Shown here one piece after another: positions 28,214 to 37,712 of a DNA stretch of 64,000 nucleotides. Source of the stretch: Promethearchaeota archaeon (GTDB lineage: Archaea > Asgardarchaeota > Lokiarchaeia > Sigyniarchaeales > SOKP01). The notes under the pieces are model-generated. The model ran no database searches and was not told where the DNA came from. It was given only the letters and a program-made list of their open reading frames with translations. The first letter of the stretch is position 1, and the number at the start of each line of letters is the position of its first letter. The stretch spans positions 1 to 64,000 of the forward strand of contig JBHLNZ010000007.1 in the NCBI GenBank assembly GCA_048941015.1, read 5' to 3'. The translations under genes and the position numbers were made by a program.

Positions 28214-28792
28214 TTATTTTATTTGCCATAAAATTTCATTTTCGAGTTGAATTTTATATAAATAAACCCCATCTTGAAAAACCCTTGGATCTTTCTTCCT
28301 TATTCTACAACATCTTTTAAGATTTGCAGCAGTTTGACCAAGAGTTTCTTTATCCGGTCCAATTAAAACAATATCATCTCCATCGATCTGAACAGAAACG
28401 TTATTTAAACATTTTGTAATTCTTGGTGCTCTTTCTCCTAAGAAATTCACAATATGTATTTCACTTTTATCTTTTTTTACCTCCGCGTTGAAAGGAAAAT
28501 GACTATAACAAATTTTACAATAATATTTATAATTTTTTTGAACTCCGATGATTAAATTCTTAATTAAATTGTATATTGTTTTTATTAATGCTAAGGTATT
28601 ACCTTTAGGGAAATATGTTGAAAAAATAATCTTATTATCTTTTATTAAAACTTTTATTCCTTTAATATGAGAGAAATCTTTTGTAATTTGACCATTTGGT
28701 CCTTTAACTGTTATATGGTGATTTCCATCTAAAGTCACTTGAACACCTCTAGGAATCTCTAATTCTTCCTCAACAAATGCCGTTTTTACCAT
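28214..28792 (-). CDS. rpl6: Ribosomal protein uL6
   Basis: YSHFP, NFLGERAPR, KDPRVFQDGVY. Confidence 0.96.
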   Translation of the reverse strand: MVKTAFVEEELEIPRGVQVTLDGNHHITVKGPNGQITKDFSHIKGIKVLIKDNKIIFSTYFPKGNTLALIKTIYNLIKNLIIGVQKNYKYYCKICYSHFPFNAEVKKDKSEIHIVNFLGERAPRITKCLNNVSVQIDGDDIVLIGPDKETLGQTAANLKRCCRIRKKDPRVFQDGVYLYKIQLENEILWQIK

Positions 28793-28814
28793 TATATACC
28801 ACCTAATAATTTTA

Positions 28815-29213
28815 TTAATAAATATAACACAAGGTCATTCCACCAATTTGTTTTTCTTCTGCTTCATTGATGGTCATTATTCCTTGATTCGTCGTTAATA
28901 TTATAGTACCTAATCCTGGAGCAGGAAGTAACTTACGTTCCAACGTTTCAAATTGAGAAACCTTATAATTTAAACGCATAAGTCCTCTACATTCATTTAT
29001 TTTTCCCAATAAAGCTATCTTAAACTTTCCTTGACGTCCATCATCATATCTTTCAAATTCTCCTATGTATGCCTTTTGCTGAAATATTCTTAAAACTTTT
29101 TGAATTAGCGTACTAGCTGGACTGATAATCACTTCCTTTTTTTTTGCCTTTTCAGCGTTTTTTAAAATATTACAAGCATCATTTAATGTATTTGTCATAT
29201 TTTTCACTCTCAA
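28815..29213 (-). CDS. rps8: Ribosomal protein uS8
   Basis: YIGEFE..DDGR, LLPA, TTNQGIM. Confidence 0.95.
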   Translation of the reverse strand: MRVKNMTNTLNDACNILKNAEKAKKKEVIISPASTLIQKVLRIFQQKAYIGEFERYDDGRQGKFKIALLGKINECRGLMRLNYKVSQFETLERKLLPAPGLGTIILTTNQGIMTINEAEEKQIGGMTLCYIY

Positions 29214-29224
29214 ATTATTTTTAT

Positions 29225-29383
29225 TTACTCATATCGATGAAAACCAATTTCTTTTCCTATTTCATAGAAACATCGACGACATATATATAAGCCATACCTT
29301 CTGATAACTCCTCTATGGGTTCCACATCTCCTACATGATCGTTGCCCTTTACCGCTATTTTTTCCTTGTGGCAATAAAATCAT
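29225..29383 (-). CDS. rps14: Ribosomal protein uS14 (not in ORF track; start ATG 29383 or TTG 29374)
   Basis: [48 protein letters not shown], between L5 and S8. Confidence 0.95.
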   Translation of the reverse strand: MILLPQGKNSGKGQRSCRRCGTHRGVIRRYGLYICRRCFYEIGKEIGFHRYE

Positions 29384-29418
29384 CCTTTTTTCTTAAATTA
29401 TTTTTTAAATTTTTAAAT

Positions 29419-30024
29419 TTACAAAAATTCTAAATCAAGTTTATCAACAATTTTAACTCCAAAATTTTTTTCTAAAAAATATTGGGCTTCTATGCGAGAA
29501 ATATAATGCTCTTTTGAAATTTTTGATCTCCCTTTTTTTCGATACTTAATTCTCATCCCTGGTCGAGCAATTCGACCAACTACATCCAAACCCCATATAC
29601 CAATTAAATTGTCGTAATCGATTCCTGGTATGGTTATATGTTCTGTAATTCCAAACCCGAAATTACCATAATTATCAAAACTCTTACGTAAAATTTTATT
29701 GTTATTTACTATTAGAAGTCTCTTTAATAACTTTTCAGCTTCTTTTTTTCTTACGGTCACCTTGGTTCCGATGGGACGTCCTTTACGTAGATTAAATTCT
29801 TTGACATTTTTCTTAGAAATTGTTTTTATAGGTTTCTTGCCAGTAATAGTTTCTAAAACAGTTGAAGCTCTTTCGAGTTCTTCACCTCCTGCACCCACAC
29901 CAATATTTAAAACTAATTTCTCCAAAAAGGGTCTTTTCATTGGATTGCTCCAAATTTCATCAAACTTTTTTGCTTGAATCCGTTGAATTTCTCCCTTAGC
30001 CTTAGTTGACATATTAATAATCAC
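29419..30024 (-). CDS. rpl5: Ribosomal protein uL5
   Basis: NPM, LNIGVG, PIGTKVT, FDNYGNFGFGITEH. Confidence 0.96.
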   Translation of the reverse strand: MIINMSTKAKGEIQRIQAKKFDEIWSNPMKRPFLEKLVLNIGVGAGGEELERASTVLETITGKKPIKTISKKNVKEFNLRKGRPIGTKVTVRKKEAEKLLKRLLIVNNNKILRKSFDNYGNFGFGITEHITIPGIDYDNLIGIWGLDVVGRIARPGMRIKYRKKGRSKISKEHYISRIEAQYFLEKNFGVKIVDKLDLEFL

Positions 30025-30041
30025 ATAAAATTTATCTATTT

Positions 30042-30797
30042 TTAATTCTTAACTTTAGGTATATTAATTTCTGATTGATCTTCTCCAATTATGAATGTAT
30101 AATCATACAATGTTTCAGTATGTTCTGAATTATGTTGAATGGAAACTGTACTTGCCTTAGGTCCGAATCGCTTTAAAATGTTAACTATTTTTCCTATTTG
30201 ACCGATATTTTTTCCTGACATGATAATGGCTAAGTTTCCTTCTTTAAATTTTAATAATTTAAGAACTTCCTGTTCGGGTATAGAAATTTTCAATACATCC
30301 ATTCTTTTATAAATATCTTCTTTTGGATTTTTTGGATCTTTTATTTGAATAAGAATATTTCTTCCATCATGTAAATTTAATTGAATATTTCCTCCTTTAA
30401 TTGAAGTTTTTTGATTGATCCTACATAATTTAAAATTACTTTCCTTTTCAGATATCTCGTTTAAAATTAATCCATAATGAGAATCTGGAAGAACTCTGTA
30501 ATACTTCTTCATTTTCTCTATACTCAATACATCCATTAAACCTACGGGATATGATTTATCCGTGATAACTTTTCCGTCTATTTTAAAGTAGCCTAAACCA
30601 ATTAATTTCTTTGCTTCTCTATGATTATCAACAATTCTAAGAAGATCTCTAACTATATGGAGTAATGGTAAACAAAATCGGCTAGCATGTGGCCCTGGTG
30701 ATGGTTTAACAAAAAATTTACCATGTTTTTTTCTAATTTGTAAATACTTCGGAGTATTAAGACGTTTTAAAGTTTTTTGGCCGCCATGTCTTGTCAT
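30042..30797 (-). CDS. rps4e: Ribosomal protein eS4
   Basis: PSPGPH, PVGLMDV, LHDGRN. Confidence 0.96.
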   Translation of the reverse strand: MTRHGGQKTLKRLNTPKYLQIRKKHGKFFVKPSPGPHASRFCLPLLHIVRDLLRIVDNHREAKKLIGLGYFKIDGKVITDKSYPVGLMDVLSIEKMKKYYRVLPDSHYGLILNEISEKESNFKLCRINQKTSIKGGNIQLNLHDGRNILIQIKDPKNPKEDIYKRMDVLKISIPEQEVLKLLKFKEGNLAIIMSGKNIGQIGKIVNILKRFGPKASTVSIQHNSEHTETLYDYTFIIGEDQSEINIPKVKN

Positions 30798-31229
30798 TTA
30801 TTTCTCACCTTCTTTTTTTAATTTTTTTGGTGCCTCAATGAGTTCTTCTTTAATTCCATATATTGCTTTTCTCTCAATAACACTTGCTCGCCAAGGGTCC
30901 ATTTTTTTCTCATCTTTAAACTTAGTTATCACTAAATTTGAGATATGAATAGCGGGGTGAAATTGAGTACCATCTACCTTCTCAAAAACAGCTTCTTTAA
31001 TCTTAGCTCTTTGATTCTTAAGAATTTCTGTAACTTCCCCTTCAAAATCCTTAAATTCTCCTCTTACTACTCTAACTTGATCCCCAACCCTGAGCGGAAG
31101 AGTTTTAATTCCATAGTCTTCTCTTAAAAAATCCGCTACTCTTGTTGATAATAATTTAGATCTTTGATGATTTCTATAATTAAATAATGCTTTCCTTTGC
31201 ACCCGAGGGCTTTTTGATCTAATTTTCAT
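30798..31229 (-). CDS. rpl24: Ribosomal protein uL24
   Basis: SKSPRVQRK, VGDQVRVVRG, IHISNL. Confidence 0.95.
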   Translation of the reverse strand: MKIRSKSPRVQRKALFNYRNHQRSKLLSTRVADFLREDYGIKTLPLRVGDQVRVVRGEFKDFEGEVTEILKNQRAKIKEAVFEKVDGTQFHPAIHISNLVITKFKDEKKMDPWRASVIERKAIYGIKEELIEAPKKLKKEGEK

Positions 31230-31253
31230 AACATTTACACATCCTATTTAGCT

Positions 31254-31679
31254 TTATATAATTAAGGAGGATATTGAGGCTAATCGAGGGAATAGTTCAG
31301 CGGCTTCTCTAGCAATTGGTCCTCTAATTTCAGTACCTTTTGGATCTCCTTCTTTTGTAATTATAACTCCTGCGTTATCTTCAAAACATAGTCGAGTACC
31401 ATCGATGCGTTTATAGATCATTTTCTGACGAACTATTACTGCTTTCATAATATTACCTCTTAACTCTGGGCGACCCTTCTTAATTGTGACAGAACATACT
31501 GAACCTACAGTAGCTTTAGGCAGTCTTCTTAATCTTGTTTTTGCGTGATCAACGTTAATAATTTGAGCTATTTTTCCTCCAGAATTATCAGTTATAAAAA
31601 TTCTTGTTCCATTTTGTAATCCATAGCTCGTCCTAGGTTTTACCATTTTTTTACGTCCTGTCTTTCTACGAGTTCCCAT
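31254..31679 (-). CDS. rpl14: Ribosomal protein uL14
   Basis: DNSG, FEDNAGVI, KGTEIRGPIARE. Confidence 0.96.
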   Translation of the reverse strand: MGTRRKTGRKKMVKPRTSYGLQNGTRIFITDNSGGKIAQIINVDHAKTRLRRLPKATVGSVCSVTIKKGRPELRGNIMKAVIVRQKMIYKRIDGTRLCFEDNAGVIITKEGDPKGTEIRGPIAREAAELFPRLASISSLII

Positions 31680-32030
31680 TTACTCTCCCTCCCGTGAAAT
31701 TTTTTCTAATACTATAAAAGCTTTAGATTTTGAAATTTTTCTACTTTCTCCTACTCTAACTAAATCTCCGATATTAATCTCATTTCTTAAACATTCTGGT
31801 AAATGAGATGGAAGACGTGAATTGCGTCTTTCGTATCTTTGATACTTTTTTACAAATTGAACATAATCTTGTCTAATAATAACGGTATTCCTTGATTTTT
31901 TGCTCACAACAACACCTTTAGTAATTTTTCCCCTTATTCTTGTCGTTCCATGAAAAGGACAATTTTGATCGCTACATTCCTTTGCTTTTGGGGGATTCAC
32001 TCCAGGAATACCAATATTTCGAACACTCAT
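31680..32030 (-). CDS. rps17: Ribosomal protein uS17
   Basis: CPFHG, KYQRYERR, RKISKSKAF. Confidence 0.96.
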   Translation of the reverse strand: MSVRNIGIPGVNPPKAKECSDQNCPFHGTTRIRGKITKGVVVSKKSRNTVIIRQDYVQFVKKYQRYERRNSRLPSHLPECLRNEINIGDLVRVGESRKISKSKAFIVLEKISREGE

Positions 32031-32031
32031 T

Positions 32032-32325
32032 TTACTTTTTCAACCACTTTTTCTTTTTTAGGCTTCTAAGTCTATTTTCTGGAAGCCCTACGATTTTCAA
32101 ACCATTTACTTCCAGATTTTCTCCATTTAATTTGAATCTGAAGATATAATTTTTCTTTACATACTTTCTTATGATATTTCTTTTTTTAGTAACCAACATA
32201 TTTTGAGTTTCATCAATAATGATACCGATATCTCGAAAATTTGAGTCTTTTGTTTTTGATCTAAGTCTTGCGTAAACTTGGAAACCAATTAAATCATGAT
32301 AGATCAAATATTTCGGACTTATCAT
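32032..32325 (-). CDS. rnp1: RNase P protein component 1 (Rpp29/POP4)
   Basis: HDLIG, GIIIDETQNML, PENRL; canonical position before S17. Confidence 0.9.
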   Translation of the reverse strand: MISPKYLIYHDLIGFQVYARLRSKTKDSNFRDIGIIIDETQNMLVTKKRNIIRKYVKKNYIFRFKLNGENLEVNGLKIVGLPENRLRSLKKKKWLKK

Positions 32326-32525
32326 CTTCTCTCCTCGTTTTTAACTGTAAGAATTCGGGCAATTTGCTTCTTTATTAATTTTGCTTTTGCGGGATTATCA
32401 GATATACCTCCTCCTGTTTGCATGCTATATAATAACATCAATTCTTCTCTTAAATTAATTAATGTACGTTCTCTTTCTCTCTCATCCATTTTTCGTACCT
32501 TTTCAGCAGTTATGATATCTACCAT
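32322..32525 (-). CDS. rpl29: Ribosomal protein uL29
   Basis: NPAK...KKQIARILTV. Confidence 0.93.
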   Translation of the reverse strand: MVDIITAEKVRKMDERERERTLINLREELMLLYSMQTGGGISDNPAKAKLIKKQIARILTVKNEERR

Positions 32526-32544
32526 CTTTAATCATACCTTTTTA

Positions 32545-33360
32545 TTACTTTTTCTTCTTTTTTTCTTTCTTTGAGTCTTTCTCAATTTCTTCATCTGGTT
32601 CAAGAGATATTTCTGAAATATCTTCTTCATCTACTTCATCTAATAGTTCTCTATCCTCATCACTGAGTTCTCCTTCTTCTGTAATTTCGTAATCTTTTTC
32701 TACAATTTCCTCTATTCTAGTTTTGGTAGTTTTAGCCTCCGCTTTTGCTTGAGCTTTACTCAATTTTTCATCGAGGACTGTTATATCATCACCCATTTTA
32801 GTATCAGCACTCATAATTTTTACTATAACACCTAAAACACCTGATTTTTGAATACATTGTGCTACTCCTTTATCTACTCCTACTTGAGCTGGTTGACCTG
32901 ATTTGGACATAGTTCCTGCGCGGAATATCTGAGTACGTGCACGTTGTGAAGTCACTTTCCCAGATATTATTATTTCAACACCTCTAGCTCCTGCATCCAT
33001 AACTTTTCTTAAAATATAATATCCTGCTCGCCTATAGTGGCGACCTCTGTCTAGGGAGTAAGCTAATCTTTCAGCCATTATTTGAGCATCTAAATCTGGA
33101 TTGCTAACTTCTTCCACCTCAATTTGTGGCATTTCTAAGCCGAATCGATCTTGCAGTACGTCGGTAATTTCTTGTATTCTTTTTCCTCCTCTGCCTATTA
33201 CGAGTCCTGGGCGTGATGTTTTCAAAGTAATTCTAACACCAAGTGGAGTCTTTTGTAAGTCAACACCAGCAAATCCTGCTCGAATCAATTCAGATCTCAA
33301 ATATTCATTAATTTGCATTAATTTTATACCCTGCTCAATGAAATGTTTCGATAACGGCAT
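32545..33360 (-). CDS. rps3: Ribosomal protein uS3 with acidic C-terminal extension
   Basis: RPGLVIGRGG, GARGVEIIISGK, RAR. Confidence 0.96.
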   Translation of the reverse strand: MPLSKHFIEQGIKLMQINEYLRSELIRAGFAGVDLQKTPLGVRITLKTSRPGLVIGRGGKRIQEITDVLQDRFGLEMPQIEVEEVSNPDLDAQIMAERLAYSLDRGRHYRRAGYYILRKVMDAGARGVEIIISGKVTSQRARTQIFRAGTMSKSGQPAQVGVDKGVAQCIQKSGVLGVIVKIMSADTKMGDDITVLDEKLSKAQAKAEAKTTKTRIEEIVEKDYEITEEGELSDEDRELLDEVDEEDISEISLEPDEEIEKDSKKEKKKKK

Positions 33361-33406
33361 TGTTGATAACTTTATTATTATTATTTTATTATTATTTTTT
33401 AATTAC

Positions 33407-33886
33407 CTAACTTGGAAATTCATATATGATAATTTCAACGTGGCTTAAATACTTGAATTTTGCTGATGAACGCCCGTGGGCGCGTTGAATATATCTTTTT
33501 ATGATTCTTCCTCTATGAGTCGCTGCATGAATAATTCTACATAATTCTATATCTAAACCCTTATATTCTGCATTAGATTCAACAGAGGTAAGAATTTCAT
33601 ATATACGGGCTGCTGTTTTTTGAGGAAATCTTCCTGCATACCACTTAAATTGCTTTAAATCTTTCCTGTGTGCCTGTTTTTTTTTATATTTTCTGAAGGG
33701 AACAGATTGTTTTAATTGTATAACTTTTTCTAAAAAATTTTTAGCTTGCTCTACTTTCATTCCCTTTATTACAGCACAAATTTCCCTAGCATGCTTTGGT
33801 TTTATCCTTAAATCTCTACCTGATGCTTTAGCTAATCTATCAGCATCATATTTTTGTTCTGTGAATGAATATCCCCAGTTTGGCAT
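33407..33886 (-). CDS. rpl22: Ribosomal protein uL22
   Basis: KHAREIC, VPFRKY, GRFPQK, RAHGR. Confidence 0.96.
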   Translation of the reverse strand: MPNWGYSFTEQKYDADRLAKASGRDLRIKPKHAREICAVIKGMKVEQAKNFLEKVIQLKQSVPFRKYKKKQAHRKDLKQFKWYAGRFPQKTAARIYEILTSVESNAEYKGLDIELCRIIHAATHRGRIIKRYIQRAHGRSSAKFKYLSHVEIIIYEFPS

Positions 33887-33924
33887 TTTATTACATCTCA
33901 GTTATTTATTTTTATATTAATTAC

Positions 33925-34458
33925 TTACTTCAATGGAACATATTTACTCGATCGTGTTGCTCCTATACCAGGACTTCCATGTTGCACCCTTCTTCTTGTT
34001 AAAGAAAACTCGCCTAAGTAGTGTCCAATCATTTCTGGCTTAACCTCTAATGTTTCAAAAGATTGGCCATTATAAACACCTATTTTTAATCCCACCATCT
34101 CTGGAAAGATTAACATGTCGCGGACATGTGTTCGGGTGAGGAGATCTTTGCCTCTTTTTTTAGCTCGATATGCTCTTCTTAGTCTTTCAAGTAATTTTTT
34201 TTGTCTTGGAGGTAAACCGCGCCTCAAAGATCTTCTTGCTCTTGCAGGAAGCAATTGTATAAATTGATCCATATTCATCTTTTTTAATTCATCAATAGTA
34301 TAGCCGCGATAATGAAAACGTAATCGATCTAATTCTTTTTCGGCATCTAATTCTTCCGATCCTTCTTCTTCGTCAAGTTCTTCGATAATTTCTTCAGTTT
34401 GTTCTTCCTCTTCCAATTCTTCTAATTCTTTTTCATCAGGTTCTTCATTAGGAGCCAT
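33925..34458 (-). CDS. rps19: Ribosomal protein uS19 with acidic N-terminal extension
   Basis: [32 protein letters not shown]. Confidence 0.96.
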   Translation of the reverse strand: MAPNEEPDEKELEELEEEEQTEEIIEELDEEEGSEELDAEKELDRLRFHYRGYTIDELKKMNMDQFIQLLPARARRSLRRGLPPRQKKLLERLRRAYRAKKRGKDLLTRTHVRDMLIFPEMVGLKIGVYNGQSFETLEVKPEMIGHYLGEFSLTRRRVQHGSPGIGATRSSKYVPLK

Positions 34459-34683
34459 TTTTCCACCAATCTATTTGTTCCATTTATTATATTTTGCTTA
34501 ATTTTTACACTTTTATTATGACGTGTAAGAGGATTAGTTATCTATTAAATTTTAATTTTATTAAAACGAGAGAACTAAAAAACATAAAATTTAAAAGGTT
34601 GGCAGTTGAGTTCAAGTTTTTAGCGATGATCTTAGAAGTAACAATTTTATCGATTAAAATGAGTGTTTAGACTTCTTTTTTTT

Positions 34684-35364
34684 TTAATAATTATGATAAT
34701 TGTTCGGATTATAAACTCTTTCTATATCATTTTCGTCAAAATTACCTTTCCATTCTTCCTTTATTAATGTGTATTCGTCCGGACTTTTATTTGGATTTAT
34801 AATTGAATGATACATTAGTATATTATTTTTAATTGTTCTACCTTTTTCAACGAAATAATATATTCGGTTTCCATTAATAATTATAGGATTGCCTCCCAAT
34901 ATTTCCCATTTTTCGCTTCTGTTTTTATGGATTTGTATAGAAATTCCCATTTCAGGTTTAATGTATATTAAATTATGCTTTGGATAGGTAAATTTTATGC
35001 TATACCATTTAGATAGAATGTCAATATACCCTTTCGGAACATTTTTTTTTCTTATAAATTCTTGGGAGTTGATTGCTTTTTTTTCTAAAAATTCATATTT
35101 ATAAGGATTATAAATTGTTTTATGATTCGAAATGTTATGGCTATAGTTAATTTTAATTGTATCGTTTTTTTTATTTATTATCATATAAAATTGATTAGGC
35201 TTAATGATAAAGTCCGTTTGCTTTAAATTTTCAGTTAAAAAATTTATCCCATTAATTATAAAGATATTACTTATATTATTTTTATTAACTGAAATTATCA
35301 AATCTTGTTTTCCATTTTGTCTTAAGAGTGTCCCTCTTCCTGATTTTATAGATTCTTCAAACAT
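34684..35364 (-). CDS. Cupin-domain protein (mannose-6-phosphate isomerase type II C-terminal-like)
   Basis: SIQIHKNRSEKW, HSIIN, ENDIER. Confidence 0.65.
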   Translation of the reverse strand: MFEESIKSGRGTLLRQNGKQDLIISVNKNNISNIFIINGINFLTENLKQTDFIIKPNQFYMIINKKNDTIKINYSHNISNHKTIYNPYKYEFLEKKAINSQEFIRKKNVPKGYIDILSKWYSIKFTYPKHNLIYIKPEMGISIQIHKNRSEKWEILGGNPIIINGNRIYYFVEKGRTIKNNILMYHSIINPNKSPDEYTLIKEEWKGNFDENDIERVYNPNNYHNY

Positions 35365-35369
35365 AATAA

Positions 35370-36344
35370 TTATTCCAAATTGAATGATTTAATATATTTT
35401 CTATAACGTTCCTCAATCTCGTTAAAAAAGGGCATTGATTCTTGAGCTCCTTTCCTTGTTACTGCAATAGATGCAGCAGAAATAGCATATTTTACAGCAT
35501 CAACTATATTTATCCCCTGATTAAGTTTACTTGCTAATACGCCATTAAAGCAATCACCCGCTCCGACTGTGTCAATTGCTTGGACTTTATAAGCTGGGAG
35601 TAGAATTATTGAATCCTCAGTAGATTGATAAATAGCAGCGCCTCTAGCACCTAATGTAGTTATAACAGTTTTAACTCCAGTAGTTGTGATATCTTTGGAA
35701 ATTTGTTTTATCTTATTTAATCCGTTAATGTGGACTTTTTTAAATCCTAATAAAGAATGTAATTGATATAATTCCCCTTCATTTGGAACAATGATATCGA
35801 TATTTTTTAAGTTGTTGGATGTTAAGGGTTTTAAAGGCGCAGGGTTCAAAATCTTTATTAGATTTCCTATAGAAGCGATATTGTATATTTCTTGAATAGT
35901 TTCAAGGGGAATTTCCATTTGAACCATCAAGACTTTTGCTTTTTCTATAAGATCAGCACTTTTTTGTATATCTTCGACAGATAATTTCACATTTGCTCCT
36001 GGGGCCACACTAATCATATTTTCTCCATTTTCATCGATAATGATAAAAGCTATTCCACTTGCTTCTTTGGAATCTCTTATTATATTCTCAATATTAATAC
36101 TTTCTTCTTTTAATTTAGAAAGCATTTCATCCCCAAAAGTATCGATTCCCAGTTTTGCTATAAATTGTGTTTTTGATCCGGATCTAACAGAAGCAACTGC
36201 TTGATTAGCTCCTTTTCCTCCTAAAAATTGTTTAAATTTTCCTCCAGTGACAGTCTCTCCTGGTTTTGGGAGCCTTTTTATGTAGATATTGAGATCCATA
36301 TTGCTTGAACCAATTATCAAAACATAACCATCATGGTTTAACAC
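35370..36344 (-). CDS. rbsK: Ribokinase (PfkB family)
   Basis: GSSNMDL, GGKGANQAVA, NPAP, DTVGAGDCF. Confidence 0.92.
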   Translation of the reverse strand: MLNHDGYVLIIGSSNMDLNIYIKRLPKPGETVTGGKFKQFLGGKGANQAVASVRSGSKTQFIAKLGIDTFGDEMLSKLKEESINIENIIRDSKEASGIAFIIIDENGENMISVAPGANVKLSVEDIQKSADLIEKAKVLMVQMEIPLETIQEIYNIASIGNLIKILNPAPLKPLTSNNLKNIDIIVPNEGELYQLHSLLGFKKVHINGLNKIKQISKDITTTGVKTVITTLGARGAAIYQSTEDSIILLPAYKVQAIDTVGAGDCFNGVLASKLNQGINIVDAVKYAISAASIAVTRKGAQESMPFFNEIEERYRKYIKSFNLE

Positions 36345-36530
36345 ACCAAAACAACTCTTTTAATAAGCATTTATATTAGATTTTCTATTCTAATATACTA
36401 TTTGTGGATCATCACAATTAAAATCATTTGATTTGTATCGAATGGTTTTAATTGAATCATTTTTTAAATAGAAATATTAAGTAATTTTAAGTTACATCTA
36501 ATCTTATAAAAGTTACAAAAACAGAAAAAA

Positions 36531-36866
36531 GTGATTAGAATGGCAAAAGATAAGATTATTGGACTAATAGTTATGATTGTCGGCATCCTTATCGCCATTG
36601 TTTATACTATGGGAAGCATCATTGACTTATGGTTTGAAACTCTAGGAGGCAATCCTGATTGGGATAATATTTTTATGGTATTCAATCACGATTGGCTTGA
36701 TTGGAGATTATTTGTAGTACTTCCATTGTGGCTAATCGTTATTTTGATTTCCATTATCGCGATTTGGATTGGATATAGCATGCTCACCACTCCTGCTCCC
36801 GTTCCTTTAGAAGAACTTGAGGAAGAACTTGCCGCCGAAGAAGAAGCAGAAGAAAGCAGAGAATAA
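36531..36866 (+). CDS. Small two-TM membrane protein with acidic tail
   Basis: Two hydrophobic helices; WIGYSMLTTPAP then E-rich tail. Confidence 0.75.
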   Translation: MIRMAKDKIIGLIVMIVGILIAIVYTMGSIIDLWFETLGGNPDWDNIFMVFNHDWLDWRLFVVLPLWLIVILISIIAIWIGYSMLTTPAPVPLEELEEELAAEEEAEESRE

Positions 36867-36898
36867 AATAACGTTAATTAAAAATTCTTTTTATTTTT

Positions 36899-37669
36899 TT
36901 ATTTTAAAATTCTTGTTTTTGAGTTTAAATTCATTAATTTATGTATTTTTAGTGCAAGATCTTTCAATTTAATTTGAATTAAGGATTTATTTGGAATTTC
37001 TTTAGTTTTTTTTATTATAGGAGAAGTAGAAACAAATATTTTAGATTTGCTTTTAGAAATGAATAAAGCATGATGTCTACCATTAAAATTGGTGTTATGA
37101 TAGTTTATTACATTACATTCAACGGAGTTAAATAAAAATGCATTTGCTCCAGCTCCTAATTTTAAGATTTTGAAAATATATTCCAAGGTATTTTTTAAAT
37201 TATGCTTTTGTTTTAATTGATCTAAAATGAAGCAAAGATATTTCCTTGTATCAAGATTGGTTGAAGAATTAATAATTTCTAGTTCAGGATTATTTAATTT
37301 AGGAAAAGATGAATTCTTTATTACCCCATTATGGGTTATTAAATATTTTCCTCCGATATTGATTGGATGGATATTAAAATTATTTTTTTTCCATGGAAAT
37401 GATTTTCTAGCATGTACTAGAAGAAATTTTGTATATAATTTTGATAAGCTTTCCCAATCTGAATGATAAATTGGATTTATATCCCTTTTTATAATAAGTT
37501 TATTAGTATCATCTTCAGGGATATATGCAAAGCCCCAACCTAATCCATGGTGCCCAAATACGTTATATTTTCGAAAATATTGCCAATGACAGGAATCAAT
37601 AAATTTTTTAAGAAGATTGTATTCAATTGTAAAAGGTTCAGTTGAACATTGAAAAAACATTCTACACAT
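36899..37669 (-). CDS. Class II glutamine amidotransferase-like Ntn hydrolase
   Basis: MCRM start (Cys2), GWG, HARK, HP, HNG. Confidence 0.85.
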   Translation of the reverse strand: MCRMFFQCSTEPFTIEYNLLKKFIDSCHWQYFRKYNVFGHHGLGWGFAYIPEDDTNKLIIKRDINPIYHSDWESLSKLYTKFLLVHARKSFPWKKNNFNIHPINIGGKYLITHNGVIKNSSFPKLNNPELEIINSSTNLDTRKYLCFILDQLKQKHNLKNTLEYIFKILKLGAGANAFLFNSVECNVINYHNTNFNGRHHALFISKSKSKIFVSTSPIIKKTKEIPNKSLIQIKLKDLALKIHKLMNLNSKTRILK

Positions 37670-37712
37670 TGTAATTTAATTAATACATAATAAGTCATAA
37701 AGATAAGTACTT

